A DNA stretch of 32,000 nucleotides from Candidatus Saccharimonadota bacterium (GTDB taxonomy: Bacteria > Patescibacteriota > Gracilibacteria > UBA4473): contig OZ245819.1 in NCBI GenBank assembly GCA_965228485.1, positions 330,001-362,000 of the forward strand, read 5' to 3'. This document shows, in pieces, positions 23,431-31,578 of this stretch. The translations under genes were made by a program, and so were the position numbers. Under the pieces are notes generated by a model that did no database searches, had not been told where the DNA came from, and was given only the letters and a program-made list of their open reading frames with translations. The first letter of the stretch is position 1. Each line of letters opens with the position of its first letter.

Positions 23431-24987
23431 TTATGGCTGCATAATATTCACCTTAAAGGTTTTTGTTCCTCCTGTGAGATTTTGTACTCCGATGGTGGTA
23501 TCTGAATGTAATCGTACTCGAGCTGTAGATTGATTCGTTTTTTGCCAATAGGTCTGAGTACTATAATTAAAGCTTATTCCAGAATGAACTGGAGTATTAT
23601 TTGTATCAGAAGTTCCAATTGAGACCGCATAATCCAAATTCCCAGTACCAGAATTTAAACCTCCTGATACGTTCCAATTCGCCGCAGAAAGAGATTCCAC
23701 CTGTGCCGAAGTCATTCCCACCGTTTCTATATCAGAAAGCGTTTGAGTCCCCCAAGCACTTCCATTAAAACTTTTCCAGGTCACCCCATCGTCAAAAGAG
23801 AAAAGGTACCTCAGTTCTGTACTGGCTGGTTGATTCTCAACGACATCTACAGAATTGATTTGAGACCAAGGAGAAGTAACGAGTGATTTTCCTGGTCGAG
23901 TCGTTACATAAGCAGGAGTGGCTGAATATCCTCCCCCAAGAGCTTCAAAGAAACGTCCTTCTCTAATTACAAAATACGTAGCATTTTGTCCTGTTACGCA
24001 GAAAAAACGCCAATATCTAAACGTTGCGGGTGTAAAATCCCAAGTCTCATCAGTCGTATCGCCCCCTACTGGATTTACCGTTGAAACCGTTGTCCAATTA
24101 CTTCCATCATTAGATCCTTCAATCCTCATAGTCGTAGCATGATAACTCGTGCTATACCAATTAATCTGAGCGCGCATAACCGTTGTTGGAGAACCTAAGT
24201 CGACCGCCCACCATTGATTCGCCGAAGAACTTTCTCCCTGATTATACCAAAAAGTAGAGGTACTATTGTCATTTCCTTCTGAAGGCGCTCTTGTCGTATC
24301 TGAAGCCAGAGCTGTAGCTCCAATTGATAAATTTGTACTTCCTGGAGTATAAGATCCTGCTGGCTGTAATTTTATGGTATCTCCCGAAAAATCTGTAATA
24401 TTGTTATCTTCCTGAGTATAAAGTCCTTCCTCTGAAGTCAAAACATCCCAAGAATTCCTATCATCTATGGTTTCAGCATCTTGATAATAAACATCAACGA
24501 CTCTTTCATAGTTTGGATCAGTATTATGAGTAAATATTTCCTCCGCACCATTATTTATTGAAGCCGTTAGCTGGGTGATATTCGTTCCACCTCCAGTGGA
24601 TATTGGCTCAAAACTCGCTCCATCATTACTCAATTCCCACTGATTATCTGTAGCGTTATAACGTATTCTTCCTGCATTATCACTTCCTTGATTGGCTACA
24701 ATATCAACATCAGCTCCCTCACCACCATTATCGGCATCTAGCGTCAAAACATTTCCATCCTGTTCCACATTTCCAAAGACTCTTAGGGTATCGTTGAGAT
24801 TAAATCTATTATTGGTTACATCCCACTCTAAGAACTTATTAAGAGTCGATCCAAACTGAAGGGTAATATTCCGAGAAGAATCGTCGTCTTCATCTAGTAC
24901 AAAAACCTCAAAACTTCCACCTCCATATTCTTGAGCCTGAATAGGGGTTATCCACAGTAAAACCAATATATATAATAAATTTTTCAT
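23431..24987 (-). CDS. Secreted protein with the shared N-terminal module and a discoidin (F5/8 type C)-like domain
   Basis: Signal peptide MKNLLYILVLLWITPIQA and the module FVLDEDDDSSRNITLQFGSTLNKFLEWDVTNNRFNLND. The segment ALASDTTRAPSEGNDNSTSTFWYNQGESSSANQWWAVDLGSPTTVMRAQINWYS...MRIEGSNDGSNWTTV fits the F5/8-C pattern. The start lies 4 nt after the upstream gene. Confidence 0.7.
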   Translation of the reverse strand: MKNLLYILVLLWITPIQAQEYGGGSFEVFVLDEDDDSSRNITLQFGSTLNKFLEWDVTNNRFNLNDTLRVFGNVEQDGNVLTLDADNGGEGADVDIVANQGSDNAGRIRYNATDNQWELSNDGASFEPISTGGGTNITQLTASINNGAEEIFTHNTDPNYERVVDVYYQDAETIDDRNSWDVLTSEEGLYTQEDNNITDFSGDTIKLQPAGSYTPGSTNLSIGATALASDTTRAPSEGNDNSTSTFWYNQGESSSANQWWAVDLGSPTTVMRAQINWYSTSYHATTMRIEGSNDGSNWTTVSTVNPVGGDTTDETWDFTPATFRYWRFFCVTGQNATYFVIREGRFFEALGGGYSATPAYVTTRPGKSLVTSPWSQINSVDVVENQPASTELRYLFSFDDGVTWKSFNGSAWGTQTLSDIETVGMTSAQVESLSAANWNVSGGLNSGTGNLDYAVSIGTSDTNNTPVHSGISFNYSTQTYWQKTNQSTARVRLHSDTTIGVQNLTGGTKTFKVNIMQP

Positions 24988-24991
24988 GAAT

Positions 24992-27610
24992 TTATGAACT
25001 TATAATCTGAACATTATCAATAGAACAGTCCCCCGTATAATCTGAACCAGAAGTATAAAGGAGGCGTATTGCTTCAACTTCAAAAGAAGACAAATCAACA
25101 AATTGATTCAAGTAAGCATCCCCCTGCCCTGTTTGTTGTTGTCCGCTAAGAGTAAATCTAGTCGTCCAAACTCCAGAACGTAGTGTTTGAACTTCTAAGT
25201 CTCCCATGGCCGCCCCATACATGTGATAATCAAAACTAACAGACTGAGCGACATTAAAATGAGTCGTTTCAAGCCCAAATGTAAAATCGGGAAAATTTGG
25301 ACTACTCGCCTCTGCAAACATATAGAATGTTCCATCAGAAGCGACTGTTGGTCCTGTACCGCCAGAAGGAGTTCCCCCGGAATTATTTGTCCAAGCAACA
25401 TCGAGTCCACTATCAGTCCAATTACCAAGCCCCGCTTCAAAACTCTCTGTATAGGTTCCAGCCGGTCCTGTTCCGGTTATTAGGGTGATATCAAAAATTC
25501 CTACTCCATTTCCAGACCAGGTCGTATTATCAATACCTCCATTATCAACAATGACATCATAAGTCCCCGTTGTGGCGGTTGTCGTCACATCAACATCTAT
25601 TTGAGTTGGAGAGACAACCGTTGTAGAGTTAATCGTCCCTGTAAATCCTGGAATAGAAACCGTACTAGTCGGTAAAAACCCTTCCCCATTAATGCTAAAA
25701 GTTTGAGTTGTACTCGGAGGGATTTCAATAGAAGCGGTATTAATAAAAGGTGCACCACTACTTCCTGCGGCTCTTAACTGAACAATTGAAAGAGTAGACT
25801 CGTTGGCATTCATATACACAGGCTGTGTTCCTCCCCCTTCTCGATCTACTAATATTTCAAAATATTCATTAGCAGCCAAATCCAGAATAATAGAGAAATT
25901 TAGAGAGGTTTCATCTTGACTTGAACTGTTACGAATATATCCAGGCTGAAATCGTGGACCCAAGACCGTTGATCCGTTTAAACGAAATTTTAGTTTCCCA
26001 TTATAACGAGTGTTAGCCCCACTAATTGAGACCGTTCCACTGACTAAATATTTTCCATCTTGAGCCACTTGAATTCGACTATTATTCGTTACGGTGTCAT
26101 GTACAAAAACATCAACGTCTTCAAAAGCTTCTATATTCCAAGGAACAAGATTGTCTGTGGTCGCCGCATTTATATTAGCAATTGAATTATCACTATAACG
26201 CGCCGCCGCCATATCATTCATAGCTTGAGCCGAAACATCCAATTGCTCCCAGGCCGTCCCATTACACACATAGGTATTCGCATTCGTGGTATTATAATAA
26301 ATTTTCCCTATCGCTGTTCCATCACAAGTAGGAGCTGAAGCTAAGTTTTCCAGGCGAACATCCTGAATTTCAGAATTACTCAACCCAAGATCATCACTTA
26401 ATTCAAATCGACTAAGCGTTCCATTCCAGGTAAGCGTCTCATTTAGTACCGTTCCAAAGACTAGTGAAATATCGGTAGCGGTATCATCATCATCGAGTGT
26501 AAAAGTATCGGAAGAGGTCCCCGCTCCTACAGAACCCGGATCCCCTTTCGAAACCATTAATTCCCAGTAAGTTGGATTAGAGGGCGGTTCATTAGAAACC
26601 GTATTCAAAATACAAACGTAACTCGATCCCTGATAACTTACTACTTGGTTTTGCAAATAGTTTTGAGAAACCCAAGCTCCTGCCCAAGTCATATCCCCAT
26701 CCGCTCCTGGAGAACCCGTCGCCCCTGTTGGCCCAGCTGGTCCCTGAGGAGCTCTTAGTTGTACGACCGAAAGTGATGACTGACCACTAATCATATTAGC
26801 AGGTCCAGCATTAGTATTTTCTCGGTCAACTAATATTTCAAAATAATCATTCGCATTTAAATCTAAAACGGTAGTAAAGACTAAAGAAGTTTCTGTTTGT
26901 CCTGTATCCTGACGAATATAACCTGGCTGAAATCTCATAGGGAGAACCGTTACCCCGTTAACTCTAAACTTTACCCGTCCGTTATAACGAAAAACTGAAG
27001 TTGTAGAATTTTGTACATTGATAGTTCCACTCACAAAATATTTACCGTCAGCCAAAACCTCAACTCGACTGTTATTAGTAACCGTATCATGAGCAAAGGT
27101 CGTTGCATCTTCTAAATCTTCGGTATCCCAGGGCACTAAATTATCAGTCGTACTGGCATTTAGGTCTGTAGTTGAAGTGTCTCGATAACGGGCAGTTGCT
27201 AACTCTCCCAAACCTCCAAGCATATCAAGCTGCTCCCAGACACTTCCATTACACACGTATGTATTTGAGTCAGCGGTATTATGATAGATCTTCCCAATAA
27301 CGGTATTGTCACAATTTGGAGCGGTTGCAGAGTTTTGAAGACGAGCGTTAACAATCTCGTTATCGGATAGATCAATATCTCGATTAACCACAAACTTATC
27401 AAGGATTACATCGTACCTTAGCTTGGCATCCAATGTCGCTCCAAACTCAAGATCAATATAGTCATCTGAAGTGTCTCCTGAATCCAGTATAAAGACTGGA
27501 CTGTGAACTCCATCGTTTTCAGTAGAAAACAACAATGCTGCCAACCCCTCTCCCGACAAAAGGGAGAAGATAAAACAAAAGACAAAAAATTTCTTTAAAA
27601 AGTTATGCAT
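24992..27610 (-). CDS. Secreted multidomain protein: 2x (shared module + Cys motif + C1q/TNF-like jelly roll), a collagen-like G-X-Y run, a CBM5/12-like segment, an IPT/TIG-like domain and a C-terminal MAM-like domain
   Basis: The start is set at the ATG at 27610 (MHNFLKKFFVFCFIFSLLSGEGLA), not the track's TTG at 27634. GPAGPTGATGSPGADGD lies at ~26690-26750. ADGKYFVSGT...LNANDYFEILVD and QDGKYLVSGT...LAANEYFEILVD resemble C1q. FESFEAGLGNWTDSG...TFYMFAEASS...VSFDYHMYGAAMGDLEV...GDCSIDNVQI resembles MAM. Confidence 0.75.
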   Translation of the reverse strand: MHNFLKKFFVFCFIFSLLSGEGLAALLFSTENDGVHSPVFILDSGDTSDDYIDLEFGATLDAKLRYDVILDKFVVNRDIDLSDNEIVNARLQNSATAPNCDNTVIGKIYHNTADSNTYVCNGSVWEQLDMLGGLGELATARYRDTSTTDLNASTTDNLVPWDTEDLEDATTFAHDTVTNNSRVEVLADGKYFVSGTINVQNSTTSVFRYNGRVKFRVNGVTVLPMRFQPGYIRQDTGQTETSLVFTTVLDLNANDYFEILVDRENTNAGPANMISGQSSLSVVQLRAPQGPAGPTGATGSPGADGDMTWAGAWVSQNYLQNQVVSYQGSSYVCILNTVSNEPPSNPTYWELMVSKGDPGSVGAGTSSDTFTLDDDDTATDISLVFGTVLNETLTWNGTLSRFELSDDLGLSNSEIQDVRLENLASAPTCDGTAIGKIYYNTTNANTYVCNGTAWEQLDVSAQAMNDMAAARYSDNSIANINAATTDNLVPWNIEAFEDVDVFVHDTVTNNSRIQVAQDGKYLVSGTVSISGANTRYNGKLKFRLNGSTVLGPRFQPGYIRNSSSQDETSLNFSIILDLAANEYFEILVDREGGGTQPVYMNANESTLSIVQLRAAGSSGAPFINTASIEIPPSTTQTFSINGEGFLPTSTVSIPGFTGTINSTTVVSPTQIDVDVTTTATTGTYDVIVDNGGIDNTTWSGNGVGIFDITLITGTGPAGTYTESFEAGLGNWTDSGLDVAWTNNSGGTPSGGTGPTVASDGTFYMFAEASSPNFPDFTFGLETTHFNVAQSVSFDYHMYGAAMGDLEVQTLRSGVWTTRFTLSGQQQTGQGDAYLNQFVDLSSFEVEAIRLLYTSGSDYTGDCSIDNVQIISS

Positions 27611-27752
27611 TGTATCAGGATTTAATTTTGTCAAAAAACGTAAAAAAATCCAATTTTATGCACCTTAAACCATGAAATTTAATTTACATTAAGTAAAAAT
27701 ATTTTCTGTTTACATAAATTGTTCAAGAACAATTTATTTGAAAACCAAAGAA

Positions 27753-29921
27753 TTAGTTCAGAACCATATTGAATTTAATATCCGCTACAGCGGTTTCAAA
27801 TCCTGTTTTCGCCTGCATTTTAATCTTAATCCAAATGATGTCTCCAGCAACCCAAGAAGCACCAGAAGCAATGGTGAAGTCTCTGCTATTCCAGGTATTA
27901 CTCGTCAATCCAATACCACTACTAGATAAGAAATCTCCTGCTAAACCTTCTTTTTCAAGAGTCACATCAATTTTTGCATCAGAAGATGTTCCTGAGGTTC
28001 TATATTCCAAAACCATATTATTGCTGGGTTTAAATTCTTTGAAATTTTCTGGAAGTTGATAACGAACCAAAATATCGTAATCTTGCATGTCAGACTGCTT
28101 AGTGTCCCACCTTAGGATCTGTTTATTCAGTCCTAAAACCGTTTCAACCTCCTCATACATAGAACCATGATTATCAGTCCCATCCCCCTCTAAAGCCGAC
28201 TTAGGATAACGAGGACTCAATATAAGTTCATAATCTCCTGAAGCGATATTTGCAGCAACAATATCCCCTGTTACCACTAAATTCCCAGAAACAAACAAAT
28301 CATCATTAAATTCAAATCTATCTAAGATATTGTTCCAGAGAAGCGATTTCCCAAGAGATGAACCAAACTCTAAAATCAAGTTATCAGACGGCGCTGCATC
28401 ACCGTCTTGATCTAACGTAAAGGTGTTATTATCGGTCCCTAATGTGCTCACTCCAGGTATAATCGAAGCATCTAACTTCCCTGAAGTATCGTCAATGTAC
28501 GGAATATCGCCTGGGTTTAGCCCTACATCTCGGTAATCCAATTTATTCGCATTAAAAGCATAAGGTACCGAAGAGATAACTTTACGATCTTCTGCTGGAT
28601 CAGAAGTATCGATATCAATCATCTCATAAAAAGAATCAGCATGAGTTGCCAACTTTACATCAACCTGCAAAAACATTGTGTCATCGTCAAACAATCCATC
28701 TGGAAAAGGATTTACTTTTCCAAGTCTAAAACTAAAACTTCCTCCACCACCAAGGTTCTGTGTTTGAACTTCTGTCCATCCTTTGTAGTTAGGTGCAGCT
28801 CCATTAATAGCTCCCAAAATTTCATCTGAATCTTCATGATCCACACTATCCCAAAAACTAAAGCGAAAGGTATAATCTCCCGCTAATGGCTGCCCCAGAT
28901 CATTTAATAATTCTCCTTCGTAAATCAGCATCTGAGGCGAGGTCGTTACGGCTTCCGCTGGCAAGATATTACCTGAGAAAACTATCCCCAGAACGGTAAA
29001 TACACTCAATAGTCTCTTCCAAAAACTCGTTTTTTGCTTTTTCCGTTTTCGATCATTGATGATCATTAAAACGATCAACACTACGAGTAGATAGAAGATA
29101 ATTAACAGCCCACAAACAAAGAACATGAGCTTATGAGCCAATACTTTCCAGAATTCATCATATTGGAACTGAGACCGAACATAAGTCGCACAATAAGTCT
29201 CTAGATCTGGTTCAGACTCATCAAGTAATGCTTCAGTCTCTCTCATTGGCGCTGACATTTTGAAATATCCTTCACTTTCATAATTTAAAAAATCATCCTT
29301 TGTAATTACCAACGCTGGAGACTCGGGTGATGGCGTTGAGCCTCCAGTCATTAGTTGAGGAGTTCTAATAGTAGCTTGGTTTTTAGGTTCTAAGGTTACT
29401 TGATTCACTTGCTCTGGTTTCGGGAAAGAAACGAGCAGGCTTTCATCAATAACCTCTGTATCAATTACACTTGTTTGCAAATTACTCGCTGGAATATCAC
29501 TTTCGTCTTCCAACGTCTCTGGATCTTCAAACTCCAGATTTTTCTTTGGTGCTTCTGGCGCAGAAGTTAGAAACTTCTCTTCTGCCTCGGAAAGTTTTAC
29601 CAATTCATCATACTTTCGCGTCAGTAACCAATCAGAAGCATCATACTTCTCACTGTTGTCTGACACAGAGGTTTGCGTTCCCCCTCCTGAACCTGGTATG
29701 GTAATGGTTTGAGAGACCACAACCTTGCTTGGTTCAATCCTTACTTTATCGTTTACTTTAAAACTCGCTGAAGAAGAGTCTGGCTTCGTAGCCATAACTC
29801 GAAACGAAGAACCATCTCTAATCTGATAAGCACCAGCAATTGAAGGCGTCAGAATGCACAAAGCCAAGAGGTACACCGTACCCCTTTTTAATGCTTTAGT
29901 ATTAAATTTTGAAAACGCCAT
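27753..29921 (-). CDS. Surface protein with an N-terminal signal/anchor, a central TM hairpin, a tail-fibre-like segment, the shared module and the shared C-terminal module
   Basis: The N-terminus is TVYLLALCILTPSIAGA. The central part is LMFFVCGLLIIFYLLVVLIVLMII-NDRKRKKQKTSFWKR-LLSVFTVLGIVFSGNIL. Further along come LIYEGELLNDLGQPLAGDYTFRFSFWD...VPYAFNA and FTLDQDGDAAPSDNLILEFGSSLGKSLLWNNILDRFEFNDD. The C-terminus aligns with that of the 20777..22363 product. Confidence 0.75.
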   Translation of the reverse strand: MAFSKFNTKALKRGTVYLLALCILTPSIAGAYQIRDGSSFRVMATKPDSSSASFKVNDKVRIEPSKVVVSQTITIPGSGGGTQTSVSDNSEKYDASDWLLTRKYDELVKLSEAEEKFLTSAPEAPKKNLEFEDPETLEDESDIPASNLQTSVIDTEVIDESLLVSFPKPEQVNQVTLEPKNQATIRTPQLMTGGSTPSPESPALVITKDDFLNYESEGYFKMSAPMRETEALLDESEPDLETYCATYVRSQFQYDEFWKVLAHKLMFFVCGLLIIFYLLVVLIVLMIINDRKRKKQKTSFWKRLLSVFTVLGIVFSGNILPAEAVTTSPQMLIYEGELLNDLGQPLAGDYTFRFSFWDSVDHEDSDEILGAINGAAPNYKGWTEVQTQNLGGGGSFSFRLGKVNPFPDGLFDDDTMFLQVDVKLATHADSFYEMIDIDTSDPAEDRKVISSVPYAFNANKLDYRDVGLNPGDIPYIDDTSGKLDASIIPGVSTLGTDNNTFTLDQDGDAAPSDNLILEFGSSLGKSLLWNNILDRFEFNDDLFVSGNLVVTGDIVAANIASGDYELILSPRYPKSALEGDGTDNHGSMYEEVETVLGLNKQILRWDTKQSDMQDYDILVRYQLPENFKEFKPSNNMVLEYRTSGTSSDAKIDVTLEKEGLAGDFLSSSGIGLTSNTWNSRDFTIASGASWVAGDIIWIKIKMQAKTGFETAVADIKFNMVLN

Positions 29922-29927
29922 CCAGAT

Positions 29928-29956
29928 ATTGTACCAAAAAATGACGTTTTTTTCAA
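29928..29956 (-). promoter_or_regulatory. Sigma70-type promoter placed for a leaderless transcript of the 27753..29921 gene
   Basis: The minus strand reads TTGAAA (29956-29951), 17-nt spacer, TACAAT (29933-29928), then only 6 nt (ATCTGG) before the ATG at 29921. Confidence 0.55.
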
Positions 29957-30000
29957 GAAAAAAAGTACTACTAAAAAGCTAAAACCAAAAGCGGAAAGAG

Positions 30001-30351
30001 TTAGAAATTCACAGCGACATTTTCGGCTTCTACAGAAATGAAATTCTTAGTATTGATTGATACCATTTCCTGCACAAATTCATCACTTTCTAACGCGTAA
30101 ATACTCGAAGGAATGGCGAGTAAAATATCCATGTCTTCTACTTCTTTTTGGTAAGACAATTGTTCTGCCTTCAAAGACTCCATATCAAACCCCTGTGTTG
30201 CTAATGCATTTAACATCATCAAATACACCACTCCAAGCACAATATTCAGAATAAATAAACCAATAAAAAAGTGTTTAACATAGGCTTGTAAACCTTTTTC
30301 AATATTAAATATAGGTTGAGCTGACGCAGGATCGAAGTAAGTAATATTCAT
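30001..30351 (-). CDS. ftsL: FtsL-like bitopic cell-division protein
   Basis: 116 aa with a single TM helix (FFIGLFILNIVLGVVYLMMLNAL) followed by a short heptad-like region (ESLKAEQLSYQKEVEDMD). It starts 6 nt after rsmH, the canonical ftsL position in dcw clusters. The assignment rests on position and topology. Confidence 0.5.
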   Translation of the reverse strand: MNITYFDPASAQPIFNIEKGLQAYVKHFFIGLFILNIVLGVVYLMMLNALATQGFDMESLKAEQLSYQKEVEDMDILLAIPSSIYALESDEFVQEMVSINTKNFISVEAENVAVNF

Positions 30352-30357
30352 ATTTTT

Positions 30358-31293
30358 TTAATTTTTTTGAGCCACTCTAAATTTTGCCGATCGGGCACGG
30401 CTATTTTGTTCAATTTCCCCTTCTGAAGGGGCTATTGCTTTTTTCGTTAGTAAGGTCAATTGCGCTGGAGTAACTGGTTCATGAAGTGAGAAATCAGTTT
30501 GAATTGTTTTTGGTTTTGAATGAAGTTTGAAAAACTTTTTTACAATTCGATCTTCTAATGAGTGATAAGAAATCACTCCAATTCGATCTCCCTCATTCAT
30601 CACTTCCAGAGCCGCTGAAAGCGCCTTTTCTAAATGACGAAGCTCATCATTAACCGCAATTCTAAAAGCCTGAAACACTCTCGTCAGAGCTTTTTTTCTA
30701 TCTTTTGGATGCACATTGGATTCAACAATGCCTCTTAACTCAGAAGTCATTTTTATCGGCTGATGCTGTCTATACTCGATCATTTTTCGAGCAATTTTTC
30801 TCGCTTGAGGCTCTTCACCAAAGTCTTTCAAAATGGTAGTCAACTCTTGTTCCGTAGAGTGATTTACCAGGTTATCACATTTTTCAACATCACTAGAAAA
30901 AGACATATTTAGTGGACCATCTCCCACAAAAGAAAAACCTTTTTCTGGATCATCAAAGTGATTCGAACAAACTCCTAAATCCAGTAAAATTGATAGTGTC
31001 CCATCTGAATCAGGAACACGCTCCATCATATCGGCGATATCTGAAAAATTCCCCTGATTGAGATAGAGTTTTTGACTCCAAGTTTTGAGTCGGTCTTTTG
31101 CAAAATCTAAATGCTGTACATCAAGATCTGACGCCACGTAAAAATCTAATTGAGGCACCGAAGAAAGAATAGCTTCTGCATGTCCCCCCAATCCTAAGGT
31201 TCCATCAAAAAACACCTTCGTATCTTCTGTAATCAAGAAATCCATAACTTCTTTTAACAGCACTGGGTGATGAGTTAGCTTTTCAACAGTCAT
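30358..31293 (-). CDS. rsmH: 16S rRNA (cytosine1402-N4)-methyltransferase RsmH (MraW)
   Basis: HHPVLLKEVMDFL, DGTLGLGGHAEAIL, SYHSLEDRIVKKFF and ARSAKFRVAQK are RsmH family signatures. Confidence 0.93.
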   Translation of the reverse strand: MTVEKLTHHPVLLKEVMDFLITEDTKVFFDGTLGLGGHAEAILSSVPQLDFYVASDLDVQHLDFAKDRLKTWSQKLYLNQGNFSDIADMMERVPDSDGTLSILLDLGVCSNHFDDPEKGFSFVGDGPLNMSFSSDVEKCDNLVNHSTEQELTTILKDFGEEPQARKIARKMIEYRQHQPIKMTSELRGIVESNVHPKDRKKALTRVFQAFRIAVNDELRHLEKALSAALEVMNEGDRIGVISYHSLEDRIVKKFFKLHSKPKTIQTDFSLHEPVTPAQLTLLTKKAIAPSEGEIEQNSRARSAKFRVAQKN

Positions 31294-31317
31294 TTAATGA
31301 TCAATTTTTTAGGCTTT

Positions 31318-31350
31318 GTGCAAAAGTTGTGCACAGTTCGTGTAAAACTC
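31318..31350. promoter_or_regulatory. Three tandem 11-bp direct repeats upstream of rsmH, a candidate operator
   Basis: GTGCAAAAGTT (31318), GTGCACAGTTC (31329) and GTGTAAAACTC (31340) are contiguous, giving one-helical-turn phasing. They lie 25-57 nt upstream of the rsmH ATG. Confidence 0.35.
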
Positions 31351-31578
31351 AAAACAGAATCTATCCCTTTACCAGAAAGGCTTATAACTAATATTTACCC
31401 AATATTAGAACAATTTTTGTGTTTATACAAGCTTTTTTTCCTTTTTATGATTGAGATAACGAATTTTCTGTTTTATTTTTTTGTTCAGTTAGATCAATTT
31501 TTTTATTCTACACATTTTTTACACAAAAATGTTTTAGTTTGAAAAAAAAACGACAAGCATTAGCATTCTCTGGAATTG

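Noticed and set aside
27605-27640. TTG start at 27634, and the apparent promoter TTGACA...TACAAT overlapping the 872-aa gene start
   Set aside because: The spacer is only 14 nt and the -10 hexamer overlaps the ATG at 27610. The TTG start merely extends the ORF by 8 residues ahead of an obvious signal peptide that begins at the ATG.
31297-31542. 81-aa plus-strand ORF upstream of rsmH, and the 61-aa ORF at 7246..7431
   Set aside because: These are AT-rich intergenic sequence with Phe/Leu/Ile/Lys-rich products typical of random AT-rich frames. The regions are better explained as promoter or operator DNA.
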